A DNA stretch of 64,000 nt, from assembly GCA_964016885.1 (NCBI GenBank), contig OZ024742.1, forward strand, positions 85,250,001 to 85,314,000, read 5' to 3'. This document shows positions 11,855 through 26,307 of the stretch, one piece after another. The stretch is from Eledone cirrhosa. Taxonomy: Eukaryota. The translations under genes and the position numbers were made by a program. Numbering within the stretch: position 1 is the first letter of the stretch; the number at the start of each line of letters is the position of its first letter. The notes beneath the pieces are model-generated. The model was not told the DNA's origin. It worked only from the letters and a program-made list of their open reading frames with translations, and did not search any database.

Positions 11855-14302
11855 AGGTGCAAAGACTTTAAACAAATCAACAAGGAGAGAATAAGGAAAC
11901 GAACAAAAACAAAGCAAAACATTTTTTGTTTTTAAGGGGTAACGTTAAAGCAATATATTTTGCAAATAAAAATACAAACGAAAGACACAGAACACCAGGT
12001 TCATCGGCCATTGAGCTGGACTTTGGCAGGTTTGACCCCTACCTATGACACTGTTGGTCCACCCTCGATCACAGCGTCAGGCAGAAGTTATAGCGCTGTA
12101 CAATGGAGTAAGATACGAGACAAAATAGCAACTCATAACAATTAAGCTATGAGAAATACACATCAAATTTCACATTACGTCAAATAAAAGGTACTGTGTC
12201 TCTGGTAGCACAATCATTTTTGAGAGAAAAGAAGTAAAAAAATAAAGGTATGGAGTACAAAGGTTAAATGAGAAACAATTTCAATTGCTCAAAGATTTTA
12301 TTTTGAACATAAGCATAGGGGCAATTGTAATATAACATCCCCAATCAGAATTCTAATGCTATGAACAGTGTAATTATTGTATCGGCAGATTATCACATGA
12401 AAACGTTGAAGTACTCATAATTTCTTCAGTTGAAATATTCAGTATCCTCCTAGATCATCACACAAATATCTACCTTACAAAAATCCATATTTAAGGCAGT
12501 ACAGTACTGTTTCAAATTCCATGGAGAATTCGCTGGACATCGATTAATAATAAATCCATAACCATCAAGTCTCGAACGAAGAAATTCTCATCAGCCAGCA
12601 GTACAATGAAGGGTTTCCGGAAATCGACATTACTACTAAATCTTCAAGTCAGTGTCGGTATCTCACGTGTGACATTGACTACTACTCCGTCACCGAATGA
12701 CTGTAGTAGTAGCTGACTGGTTGGAGTTGGCGGTAATGCTTAGCATGACGTCCCCAATATGGAGCAGTCGACCATAATAAAAGAAAAAACATTGGGAAGT
12801 TAATTAAAATGATAAGGGTTTAATTCGATATTCTGTTATTTCGATCTCATTGTTTATAATTTGCTCAACAAATTCGTTTTGGCAATATGAATAGGACAAC
12901 CTGTAAAACAACGTCCCCAGTCATATGTCTAAAGGTATGAAAACAGTGCACCGACAGATTAACATATGAAAACGTTAAAGTAAACAAAATTTCGTCAGTT
13001 GAAGCCGCCAGTATCTTTTTAGTTTAGAAAAGAAAATCACATCTAAGCTCAAACATTACTGTTTCAGATTGCGTGGACAATCCGATCTTCCGCTGTTCAT
13101 CATTTAAAAATAAATCCATAAACATAATATATAATGTAAACTTTTCAAACCGCTTGTATTCACATTTCAAGCTAAACCCGAACGACAAACATGTAAAATA
13201 TTGCTGGGATAAATCAATACAATCGTTGAGCATAACAAACTTACACGCCACCACCTCCATTAGAGAATTGTTCCTCTACAGGCATTTGTGTTATACATAT
13301 ATTAACGGAACGCCGTATGGGCTAGCCACTACAGTAATTTCATAATTTTGTATTCATTTATTTTAAAAATTATTATTGGATTTCAATATAAATATATGAA
13401 ACGGCAAAAGGAATCGGATTCGAGTTGAGCTTTTGAAATAGGATTCTTTCCAGCGTTACAATGCGAAGTAGAATTAGGGTTTTAAATTGATAACAGATTA
13501 AAGTTACAGGTACATCAAACATTCAACACACGGGTTAACTTTTTTTTCATGAGAATCTGTTTATATTGAAATCAAAACGCCTCCAATGAACGTTGGAATT
13601 AAATACACAATTCATTTATCCTGATGGCACAAACCAATGTAGACAGACTGTTGCCTGTGTGAACAGTATTTGAATAAATGCGGAATATATTAGATTTAGA
13701 TATATAAACATAGTTTCTGTATAGTATTCCGTTATTTGATAAAATATAAAAAAGAAAATCAATAGGAATATTTTGTTTACTATGACACCCGTTTCTCTAC
13801 CAAGCATGTGATATTTTAATACTTGATAAGAGAACAGAACTTATGTGAAAGGAATTTCTACACATCCCGTTTCTTTTTTTAAATAAAAAACAATAAATAA
13901 ATAATTATTTTTGAAATTGTATGTCAGACTAGTCAAATTGACAGAGAAAACTACGTTCTGCACTTGGTGTCTAGCACTGCTATGTAAAACACGAATACTA
14001 AATAATGGCTAGTACCATGACGGAAAAGCTACTATTGAGTGAAATTCCATGTCAAATAATATATACATTATTTTATATTTTTCACCACATTCACTATTTC
14101 TGAGCATTATATAATTGTTATCGAAAAAATCCACTAGTCTTTAACCTCTTTAATATATGATGTCAGTGCCTGGAGAACTACGTATGGTGCGATTTGTAGC
14201 ACACACACAACAAGAATCGGGAATAAAAAATATAGAATAAAATTGGGTACAGCCTGAAACAAAACAATTTTAGCTAACATATCGAATTCATAATTGTTTA
14301 AT

Positions 14303-14415
14303 TAATTGTGTCTACTTTAGGCACAAGGCCAGCAATTAACCAGTGCATTACTGGTACTTTATTTTATCGACCCCGTAAGGATGAAAGGCAAAGTCAACCT
14401 CAGCGGGATATTAAT
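14303..14415 (-). mobile_element. tRNA-derived SINE, 5'-truncated
   Basis: Reverse complement of the SINE core and tail seen at 6744 and 47028. Confidence 0.85.
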
Positions 14416-14590
14416 TTGCACACACACGCAACACACACACACACATACACGCACACACAAGAATACATATATGTATATATGTGTATATACATATGATTGT
14501 GTGTGCATGTGTGTGTGTGTGTCTGTATGTGTGTCTGTGTGTGTGTGTGTATGTGGGTGGGTGTGTGTGTGCGTGTGTGTGTGGGTGTGG

Positions 14591-14631
<41 letters not shown>

Positions 14632-15563
14632 GCACATTCTGATCTCTGACAATTTTTCGAAGTCTATAAAGCTTATAAGTGACTGAATTTGGATTCACAT
14701 GGCTTTTAAACTGAACTCTTCATCTACGAAGTCGTGCCAGTTATTACTATTTTGTTATTGTTTAAACTATGTTTATCGTATTTCATGATGTGGTTTAGAT
14801 CATTATTTGACTTATAACTTGGGATTCGGAACCGAAATTTAAAACGTAGGAATTGTATTTATACCATAAATATTATCTCATAATAGCTCGGTAGACAAAA
14901 ACTACGAGTATTTGTTCGAAACCGTATACATTCCAAGATTTGATATTCTGAGGTTATTCATATTATTATCATACATTTGTCGAGGCAACATATAACGTTA
15001 TAGGGGAAGAGACTGTATCATTTCTAGTCTTTCTTTTCAATAAATTGTCGTATAAAATAACTATATGTTGTGTTGCAACGTGATCGTACAAGTACATTTC
15101 GTCTTTCTACCATTTCTCTATGCTGATAATGAGACCAAGTATACTGTTCCTTGTATTATACATGTGTTTAACATCGTTCACGTCAACAACTCACATATTC
15201 TGAAACTCCTGCCTATAATGTGCAAAGCAAAATCATACTCTGGTCACAAATTTTAAAGACACTGGATACTTTTGGCTTTATTTTGCGAGATGACATTTTT
15301 TACCAGTTTTCTGTGCAAATAATGATGAAGAGTATATTGTCCTTGCAATAACAGTTTTTTTTTCTTCATCACGCTTCACATCAACGACGTACGATTTCTT
15401 AAACTTGTCATAGAGATCAGGATAAGTAACGTCATACCCTCACAGAATATATTGTTTGTTTTCGATGTTGAAGTTTCCTTTTACTTACATTTTAGATGGG
15501 TTTTTTTATTATATATGCATATATATTGGAAAATGTGTGAGAATCTTGGTACAGTTAGGTATG

Positions 15564-15705
15564 TTTGAAAAAAACGTAAAGTATGTCTTCACTTGTAGTG
15601 TTAAACAATTTTTGATTTAATTTTATAATATTATAATATTATAAAATTAAATAAAAAATGTGTATACACTACAAGTGAAGTCATTCTTTTCCTTTTTTTC
15701 AAATA
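15564..15705. repeat. Imperfect ~140 bp palindrome next to (TA)n
   Basis: cttcacttgtagtgt...aattttataatattataatattataaaatt...acactacaagtgaag. Confidence 0.8.
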
Positions 15706-16830
15706 TATATATATATATATAAAATATATATGTATATATATGTGTGCGTGTGTGTGTGTGTGTATGCACAAACACACACTCAAATATGTATTTTTGTTCA
15801 TATATATTTTATTTACTTATATGTTCTATTACACCAACCAGCTTTATATTTTGCATAACATACTGTCATTTCAAATTGTCTTTTATGAAAAAAAATCTAC
15901 CATTTGTTATATAAAAGCTACTTCTTTAACAGACTTAAAATGATATTTACATACCCATCATTAAAAAGAATCATCCATAAGAATACAAATAAAAACATGC
16001 AATACAGAATTATATTCATGTAAATATATGCATTAATTGTTTGACATTAATTATTAGGATCATTTTCCTCGGACGTATTTAATCAATGTCTCATTGAATA
16101 GCTATTCCTCAAACTTGTGATCAATCGCTTTCATTACAGGCACATCAAACGTACATCTAGAATATTAGAATTGCGCCTGTTTAAAAGTTCTAGCTGTTAA
16201 AAAAAAATGTTTTAATGCTTTTTTCATTTGACGACTGTTAATTCTCGTATAGTTGAAATAGATTATTGGTACTTATTTTAACAATAACAATAATATAACG
16301 CACCCGTGTCTTATATGAACTGAGAACAGCAATTTACATAAGTATATACACTAAAGTATTTAGAAAAATGACCTGGGGACGACGATATCCAGTGCTATTT
16401 AAAAATAGAATAAATACTGAGGATATACATGAACTTATTCTGAGTGTATATTTTAACAATTTCCCAACTTTCAAGAGCATTAGATGTCAAAATCCAGTGG
16501 AGCAAAAAAATATTCCTATTGTACTTAGTAGAAAACTTTGCTCGAATTGACAAACGAAATATCATTAAAAGTGACATGGAATTTATATCATTAAATTTCC
16601 TCCCGTCTGATGGCAATACAACTCAAGTTAAGGATAATTGTAATTAGAATGCATCAAGCACATTTATGAAGTTTTATCCAATATAGAATAAAGTAAAACA
16701 CAAATAAATTTCAAAAAATCATGAAAATACTTTAACATTCACGACAGATAATCTTTTGGCTAGCCAAATCAATTTGGCATCCCGATCGCAAATAACTAAA
16801 TTCAATTATATTAAGCACATACAAATCAAT

Positions 16831-16889
<59 letters not shown>

Positions 16890-16905
16890 GCTACTATTAC
16901 TACTA
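16831..16905. repeat. (ACT)n microsatellite
   Basis: Read directly. Confidence 0.95.
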
Positions 16906-17134
16906 CCTGCGTAGAACAGCATTCAGGACAAATCAACAATTAAACATATAAGCAGAGACATATCTGCATATACATACACTGACACACACGCACACAGACA
17001 AACACAATCAGACAGAAAGGAACACACACACACACCATTCACACACACATACACACACATATATATGTATATACATATATATATATATGTATATACATAT
17101 AAAACATATGTATATGTATATATATATATATATA

Positions 17135-17176
<42 letters not shown>

Positions 17177-17195
17177 CGTGTGTGTGTGTGTGTGT

Positions 17196-17233
<38 letters not shown>

Positions 17234-17705
17234 TTCAAGATTGGAAACTACAAACACAGTTATAACTACACAAACCTTTCTTAGTTTCAGCCTGTCGGAA
17301 AAGGAATATCAGTATCTCAATATTCTGTACGTCAGAGCATCATAAGTAGGAGTACAATTAGAAAGTGTATGATGTCCGATGTTTGAAAACACGAATGTCT
17401 TTCTCAGGATGGGTGACCAATATAAATAAGGAACGACTCCGCAGGAACGAAGAATATAGATATATGGGGTAGGTTATTAATTGGAGATGTTTACGTAGTA
17501 GTGGAGGAGATATATGAGAAATGACGAAGAAACGGTTGAATCATATCTCCCCATTCTCATCTCTCTAATCCTCTACGACTACATACAATTTCTCTATACC
17601 TAACTTAACTAAAATAAATGAATATTGAATCTCTACTTTGGAACTGATTATTAACTCTAACGTCTGTCAGTAAAACACACATACACAGATACACACACGC
17701 GTGCA

Positions 17706-18063
17706 CAGAGGCAAACTGGCCCGATTGCCAGGTTGCCCAATGGCAAGTGGGCCCTAGGGGGCCCACCGTAGAATTGCAAGTGTCCAGAGTAGCATTACAG
17801 GACCCACTGTAATATTTTAGGGGCCAATGCTTTGCTTTCAAAAAATACCTGAAATCTAAGAGAAAGAACAGAATAAAAAAAAAGAATAAATAAAACAATT
17901 AAGCAAAGCATTTGGTCTAACAATTTCCAAGGGAATTACTAGAAACCAAAATATACTATAGTGCCAAGGGTTAGAATTAGTGGTTGTACATTCTACTAAA
18001 TCTAAAGATTAGCGTATTCATTCAATTCATGCAGCACACATACATATGTACATACAGACACAA

Positions 18064-18116
<53 letters not shown>

Positions 18117-18560
18117 CTTACACACGCTCCACTGACCAAATATTATTTGGTATCATTACGTCAAAGGCATCTGACAAATCAATTAGTCGTGAAGCTGGTG
18201 TATATATATATATATAGGTATATAGATACACAAAGACACACTCACAGAGAGACACACACACATACACGCACGCACACACACACACACTTACACACAGACA
18301 TACACACTCACACAGTGAGTGAGAAAGACCAACGGACATTATTGAAAGTTTCTGGATTTCGCAAAATACATAATATATTTCACTGGAGAAGGTAAGATAT
18401 GTTTCCCCAAAAATGTTATTGCACTGTTTCGTTTACACTTATGTATTTTTTGAAATTGTTATTTATTCTTTATAAAAATTAAATGATAGCATTCTATATA
18501 TAAATGTGGGCCCCCATTCTTCGTCTGGCAACCAATATTTTTAGAACTAGTCCGCCACTG
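17706..18560. mobile_element. Probable non-autonomous DNA transposon (hAT-like MITE relic)
   Basis: Imperfect TIRs CAGAGGCAAACTGG / CTAGTCCGCCACTG and subterminal GGGCCC motifs at both ends. No TSD seen. Confidence 0.4.
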
Positions 18561-18587
18561 TATATATATATATACATATCCAAGAAA

Positions 18588-18752
18588 AACTTGAACCGTT
18601 AAGGTATCTTTTCTTGGTTATGTCAACATTTAATAAACAAACTTTGTATTTTATCTGATGAGGGCGTACCAAAGTTTTGGTACCCTTGTATAATAGAATA
18701 AATATGGTTTTATAAGTATAGTTTCCATGTATTTAATATCATTGAATATCAT

Positions 18753-18783
<31 letters not shown>

Positions 18784-18952
18784 AGGTTAAACTTGAACCG
18801 TTAAGGTCTCGTTCCTCGATATGTCAATATTTATAAAACTGACATTGTATTTTAATCTGATGAGGGCGTACCAATGTTTTGGTGCCCTTGATATATATAT
18901 AATAGAATAAATATGGTTTCATAATTAAGGTTTCCATTTATTAATATCATTT
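18588..18952 (+). mobile_element. Tandem pair of ~165 bp PLE terminal repeats with broken hammerheads
   Basis: Two copies of aacttgaaccgttaagg...CTGATGA gggcgtaccaa..ttggtaccctt g..atagaata. GAAA is deleted or mutated. The tail matches 7800-7843. Confidence 0.75.
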
Positions 18953-18961
18953 ACATATATA

Positions 18962-19073
<112 letters not shown>

Positions 19074-19093
19074 TTATTAAAATAACAGATTAA

Positions 19094-19144
19094 AGTTTAA
19101 GCAAAGAATAGCTGCTTTCAACCTTAACGGGATCTTCTGAAACT
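19094..19144 (-). ncRNA. Hammerhead-like motif, CAGAAGA core variant
   Basis: agttt-CAGAAGA-stem II-GAAA gca..tgc T T-aaact. Confidence 0.55.
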
Positions 19145-20080
19145 AACAAAGTAAATCTGTAAACGCAGAAGTGGATATTTCAAAAAACGTTGCAACCGGA
19201 GGAAGACAAGAAGACGATACTTTGGTTCGTGGAGACGTTCGCTGGCAAAGAACGGGAAAAAAACGAATATAATACGTCATTAATAGGAGCGGTGAAAAAC
19301 AATTACGCGCTAAGACAGAACCATGTTTATGGTATAAAAGAGGTCGTAGACTAATGTTCTCTTAGGTGGTTCATAGAGACGTTCTCTGGCAATGAACGAA
19401 AAAAACGAAGATAATACGTCATATGTGGAACGTGGAGAACAATAGCACGCAAAGACAAAACCACTTAAATGGTATAGCAGAAGTCGTAGACTAAATTCTA
19501 ACTAGGAGACCGAATGAATCTCCGCTACAGAGTTAAGAACAAAGTAAATAAATACAATACAGAAGTAATAGAAATAAATAAATACATACACGCAAACAAA
19601 TACGTACATACACAAGCATACGCAAAACACTTATCATAGGTATACAAAACCACGCACATATAAATGTGTGTGTGTGTGTATGCGTGTATACAAATAAATA
19701 AATAATTATATAAACGTATATAAATAAATAAATACGTATATAACAAGCGCACACACATACCTACATGTAAATACACGAATGTTCGGAGACGTAAGTCAAC
19801 CAAAACATGGAGTACACATATACACTCACCCTACATACGTACGAACCAGCATACTCACACAGACGCAAAACTCCCGTATACACAAAGCCAAACCATGTAT
19901 ACCAGAATATATAAAATTATACGCCATAACATAAACAATCAAATATACGTACGAGAAGGTAACGTACCTTCGCAAAACTTACGGGTAATATATACTTACC
20001 TATGCAAATAAGTAACGGTATAAACAAAACATATACTTAGCTCCCGCATCAAGACGTAAACTATCCAAGTATAGATCGTG

Positions 20081-20657
20081 CTATCCGTTAGGGTATAACG
20101 TGGGGCTGTAATACAGGAAAGTTTTGTGCAATTTATGTTTACAAGCCGAAATTGCCTCAGATCTTTTGTTTAAGATGTGGTCTGTGGTGTAGAGTATTTC
20201 CAGGGCCTCAGCGGCGCAGAGGTCACATGATCTTTTATTTTCGTTATACGATCTAGCCCTAGCTAGGATCTCGCAGTGTAACTTATATTGGGTGTGGTTG
20301 TCTTTTCGACTCCAGATATAAGCTGAAAGTGACGTCATATTCCTTCTTAGAGGGTAACGAAAAGAATGGGTATGCATGTAAAGACGCTGCTTGAATCTAT
20401 TGGCGGTTAACCCTATGTAGGCCCTACGGGATGTGGGTGTTACAACCTTACATTTGTAGACAATGTTACTAGAGAGGTTTTCCCGAATAGGGAGCAATCA
20501 ACCCGCTTCCTACAATTACAGTTAGTACTAACTACAGGGTTGCACGTGTTTTTACGGCTAGGTAGTTTAGCTAAATTTGAAGCTGTGATGTTATGTGCAA
20601 GGTTAGGAGTCGTAGAGTAAGACATTTTAATAGTATTTCTATTAAAAATGTTACTAT
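20081..20657 (-). pseudogene. PLE linker plus GIY-YIG endonuclease, frameshifted
   Basis: SYSTTPNLA, CNCRKRVDC / NIVYKCKV...AYIGLTANRFKQRLYMH...CDLCAAE...LNKRSE...CKH. Confidence 0.9.
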
Positions 20658-21629
20658 CTGTATTACAGCACCACGTTATACCCTAACGGATAGTACGATC
20701 TATACGTGGATATTTTACGTCTTGACGTGGGAGCTAAATATATGTTTTGTTTATAGCATTACTTATTTGCATAGGTAAGTATATATTACCCGTATGTTTT
20801 GTGAAGATACGTATACCTTCTCGTACGTATATTTGATTGTTTATGTTATGGCGTATAATTTTATATATTCTGGTACATATGATTTGGCTTTGTGTATACG
20901 GGAGTTTTGCGTCTGTGTGAGTATGCTGGTTCGTACGTATGTAGGGTGTGTGTATATGTGTACTCCATGTTTTGGTTGACTTACGTCTCCGAACATTCGT
21001 GTATTTACATGCAGGTATGTGTGTGCGCTTGTTATATACGTATTTATTTATTTATATACGTTTATATAATTATTTATTTATTTGTATACACGCATACACA
21101 CACACACATATTTATATGTTCCTGGTTTTGTATACGTATGGTAAGTGTTTTGAGTATGCTTGTGTATGTACGTATTTGTTTGCGTGTATGTATTTATTTA
21201 TTTCTATTACTTCTGTATTGAATTTATTTACTTTGTTCTTAACTCTGTAGCGGAGATTCATTCGGTCTCCTAGTTAGAATTTAGTCTACGACTTCTGCTA
21301 TACCATTTAAGTGGTTTTGTCTTTGCGTGCTATTGTTCTCCACGCTCCACATATGACGTATTATCTTCGTTTTTTTCGTTCATTGCCAGAGAACGTCTCT
21401 ATGAACCACCTAAGAGAACATTAGTCTACGACTTCTTTTATACCATAAACGTGGTTCTGTCTTAGCGCGTAATTGTTTTTCACCGCTCCTATTAATGACG
21501 TATTATATTCGTTTTTTCCCGTTCTATGCCAGCGAACGTCACCACGAACCAAATTATCGTATTCCTGTCTTCCTCCGGTTGCAATCTTTTTTGAAATATC
21601 CACTTCTGCGTTTACAGATTGACTTTGTT

Positions 21630-21680
21630 AGTTTCGGAAGATCCCGTTAAGGGTGAAAGCAGCGATTCTTTGCTTAAACT
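21630..21680 (+). ncRNA. Hammerhead-like motif, CGGAAGA core variant
   Basis: agttt-CGGAAGA-t ccc gttaa ggg t-GAAA gca gcgattctt tgc T T-aaact. Confidence 0.55.
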
Positions 21681-22237
21681 TTAATCTGTTATTATAATAA
21701 ATATTTGCTCTACGATTCTTATATATTTGATATATATTTATCCCTCTTTGAATTTTAGTCTTCAATTTATTATTATTACTATATATATATATATATATTT
21801 AATTTCTATCATTGTCAGTTTGAATCTAACTGACATGCCAAAACATATATATAGGAATAAGATACGCCCAAATCATAGTAGATTCAAATATCACAGAGCG
21901 AAATAGAGAAGGAGGGGGGATGAGGTGGTACAGAAATGAAACATGGATTACAGATCAAGATGTAGTCTAGATAGATAAGAAAAAAACGAAGATGTAGTTT
22001 ATGGAACACCCAGAGACGGTGGAGATACTGGTCAAGAGGTTAATGTAATCGTTTTCAGTTTTTATTTTACATCCCAAAATGAAAAGATTTATCAGGAACC
22101 CTATTCCCGACCAGGATCGAACTTCAGACCAGGATCAACACCGTACAGGATTCCTTCAACTAGGCTAGCGTTAGAGCTACAATATTATAATGAAAATTGA
22201 TAATTAGAAAACTACTTTCAAAATCATAGTTTAAAAG

Positions 22238-22890
<653 letters not shown>

Positions 22891-23224
22891 TATATATATA
22901 AATATATATAGGCATTTCATCGCTTTAAAGACCATATACCTCCGGTTGGTGCGAGCAACAGCTAAAAAAAGTTGTTGGGACACGTAAATAAAGGGGACGC
23001 GAGGGTAAACTAACAAAATGGTGAGACAACAGAAAGGGAGGAAAGGAGACAAGTCCCAGATTTCTCTTTAAAGCGATGAAATGCCTATGATAGTTGGAAG
23101 ATCACTGATGAAGGACAAACTTTTTTCATATGTAACCCATTTGCAACTCCGCAGCGCCCTTATTATCATATTTACATATAAATATATATATATATATATT
23201 CTTTTTTTTTTATTGTATAGAAGG

Positions 23225-23275
23225 AGCTTCTACAGGACTAGGACTGTTTCATTCAGATGAAATCTTCAGGAAGCT
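23225..23275 (-). ncRNA. Type I hammerhead ribozyme
   Basis: Identical inverted copy of 23476-23526. Confidence 0.85.
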
Positions 23276-23475
23276 GGGTGTCATTTTAAGTTCTGGTATT
23301 TATACATTTAGGTAGTGGTAAGGGAGGGGTGGTGGCTGGGGGGGATGTTTCGGGGTAGGATGGTATTTAGATGTATCTAAATACCACCCTACCCCAAATA
23401 ATCCCCCCCCCCCAGCCGCCACCCCTCCCTTACCACTACCTAAATGTATAAATACAAGAACTTAAAATGACACCC

Positions 23476-23526
23476 AGCTTCCTGAAGATTTCATCTGAAT
23501 GAAACAGTCCTAGTCCTGTAGAAGCT
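23476..23526 (+). ncRNA. Type I hammerhead ribozyme
   Basis: agcttc-CTGAAGA-t ttc atct gaa t-GAAA cag tcctagtc ctg T A-gaagct. GUA triplet. Stem I covaries with the 59224 copy. Confidence 0.85.
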
Positions 23527-23613
23527 CCTTCTATACAATAAAAAATGTTTTACTCTTCCATGTATTGAGTACCTTACTTACTGTGGTTATCCCCGACTCA
23601 ACCCGGGACCTAC

Positions 23614-23650
<37 letters not shown>

Positions 23651-23699
23651 CACACATATATATATTCCAACCCCGATGCCACATTTGCTTTTTCATCAC

Positions 23700-24010
23700 C
23701 ACTACCACCTCCACGTTCACCGGATACACATCCCGAACATTTGACATTATGGATTCTTTTCAATGCACATACTCATTTACCTGATTCGGTGCACAATATG
23801 TGAGTCCATCAGTATTGGCCTAACATGTGATCTTTTGGTGTATATATTGCCAAGGAACCCCGTGACATCTCTATTTAACTTGACACTCCACGAGCCTTCC
23901 CACTATTTTCGGCCTCGTCAGCTATACCGAACCACCGGATATAAGCCTCAGGAAGACAACAGCACCTTAATGTATTTCTATCCAAACATTTACCCTCGTC
24001 CTATCTCACC
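23700..24010 (+). pseudogene. Decayed Neptune-like PLE GIY-YIG fragment
   Basis: FDIMDSFQCT / LIYLIRCTICESISIGLT ... PVTSLFN. Confidence 0.5.
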
Positions 24011-24688
24011 ACAATTTTTCCCTAACCAGCGCCATGCCAGCACCAACCAAGTTTCACCTCGCACTCCATACACGGTACCATCCCAACTGCACTGGAACAC
24101 TTCCACCAGCACACACACACTCATATACACCAGTACATGTACATGTCACTAACACATGAACAAACACGATCGCACAGAGACGCACACACACACACACACA
24201 CAAACAAACACACTGTCTACAGTAGCCGCACTTGGCTGACTCCGTACACACACAGTCAGCTAGCACTACCAATTTCATCTAATCCCCACCAGTATGGCCA
24301 AATTACTCGCAGATTTTCAACCTCTTACAACTAACACGAAGTTACATTCCTACCTCAGCCCAGCAGAAAAAAATAAGTGATATAGATGAATATATATAAA
24401 AAGGAAAGTGAGTAGATTTCAGACATTCCTGTGTAGGAAATGCGGTGTATTGTTCGGTAAAAGAAAAAAGAAAGAGATCGGCTGCTGTGAGGGTTATTCC
24501 TGTAGTAAACTGCCAACCTATCCAGGGAAATCACTTCAATCGCACATGCAACAGGTTCTTCAGCTTGGTCAATCTCTAACTGTCGACAAACAACGCAGGG
24601 AGAAGATAACTATTTTTTCTGATGAACGGGCTAGACGTTTCTATAAGAATCGTATAATTTCTTGAAACCATTGTGTTGTTTGTTATGC

Positions 24689-24728
<40 letters not shown>

Positions 24729-25387
24729 TTAGCTTTGCCATACCTGTATACATTCATATACGTTTATTTCGTATATCTAAAGATATATGATATGTTGAAT
24801 AAATATATTTTTTGAAAGCACAGCTATGATAATTGAAAGGCTGACGGCCAGATAGGCTGTTATCCTCTGCTGATTCCAATATTCACAGCCGGGCTTAAAC
24901 GTTTATTTACAATACCGTATAACTTTCGATATACGAATATGAAATGCAGGCGTGTGTCTGTGTGTGTATACATTAAACAAATATATGTCTTTAATACTTA
25001 GACATATCAATGAATGGATAAACTATGATAACTACTCCTTGCCATGTGAAGTAGATTCAGACGATTATTGTTGCTGCTATTTCTAGCACTATTATACGTT
25101 TGTCGTATTGTACTAATATATAGAGAGATAATTGTTCATTCAGTAGTTTAACCATCCACGGCTTTGAACAGCATGCTGTTTCGGCATCAAATGATCTGTA
25201 TACGTTATGATCAGTGTCTACCGGTGTGTAAAACAACTCTTCTCCGATGGCAGAAAATGTTGTTTCAATATTGGTTGTTCCAATGATTTGAAATCATCAA
25301 TATTTCTTCTTTGTTCCAGAGACCGACCATTATTGGGAGAAGATTCCAAGAATAGAATTATTTTTGTCGATATTTCTAATACCACCC

Positions 25388-26302
<915 letters not shown>

Positions 26303-26307
26303 TATAT

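Larger units (their letters stand above)
23206..23616. mobile_element. Coding-free palindromic PLE terminal derivative (arms ~23206-23372 / 23375-23545, plus a ~70 nt tail)
   Basis: 2-nt spacer at 23373-23374. Related to the terminal repeat at 53545-53760. Ends ...TACGTA then (TA)n. Confidence 0.88.

Noticed and set aside
12340-15420. Old degenerate direct duplications (~12360/12940 and ~15120/15315) and possible host exons
   Set aside because: Similarity is weak and no convincing ORF or splice pattern exists, so no function can be supported.
20772-20783. Perfect 5' splice site AG|GTAAGTAT in the PLE 3' UTR
   Set aside because: PLE pLTR introns exist, but no matching acceptor or second family example could be identified here.
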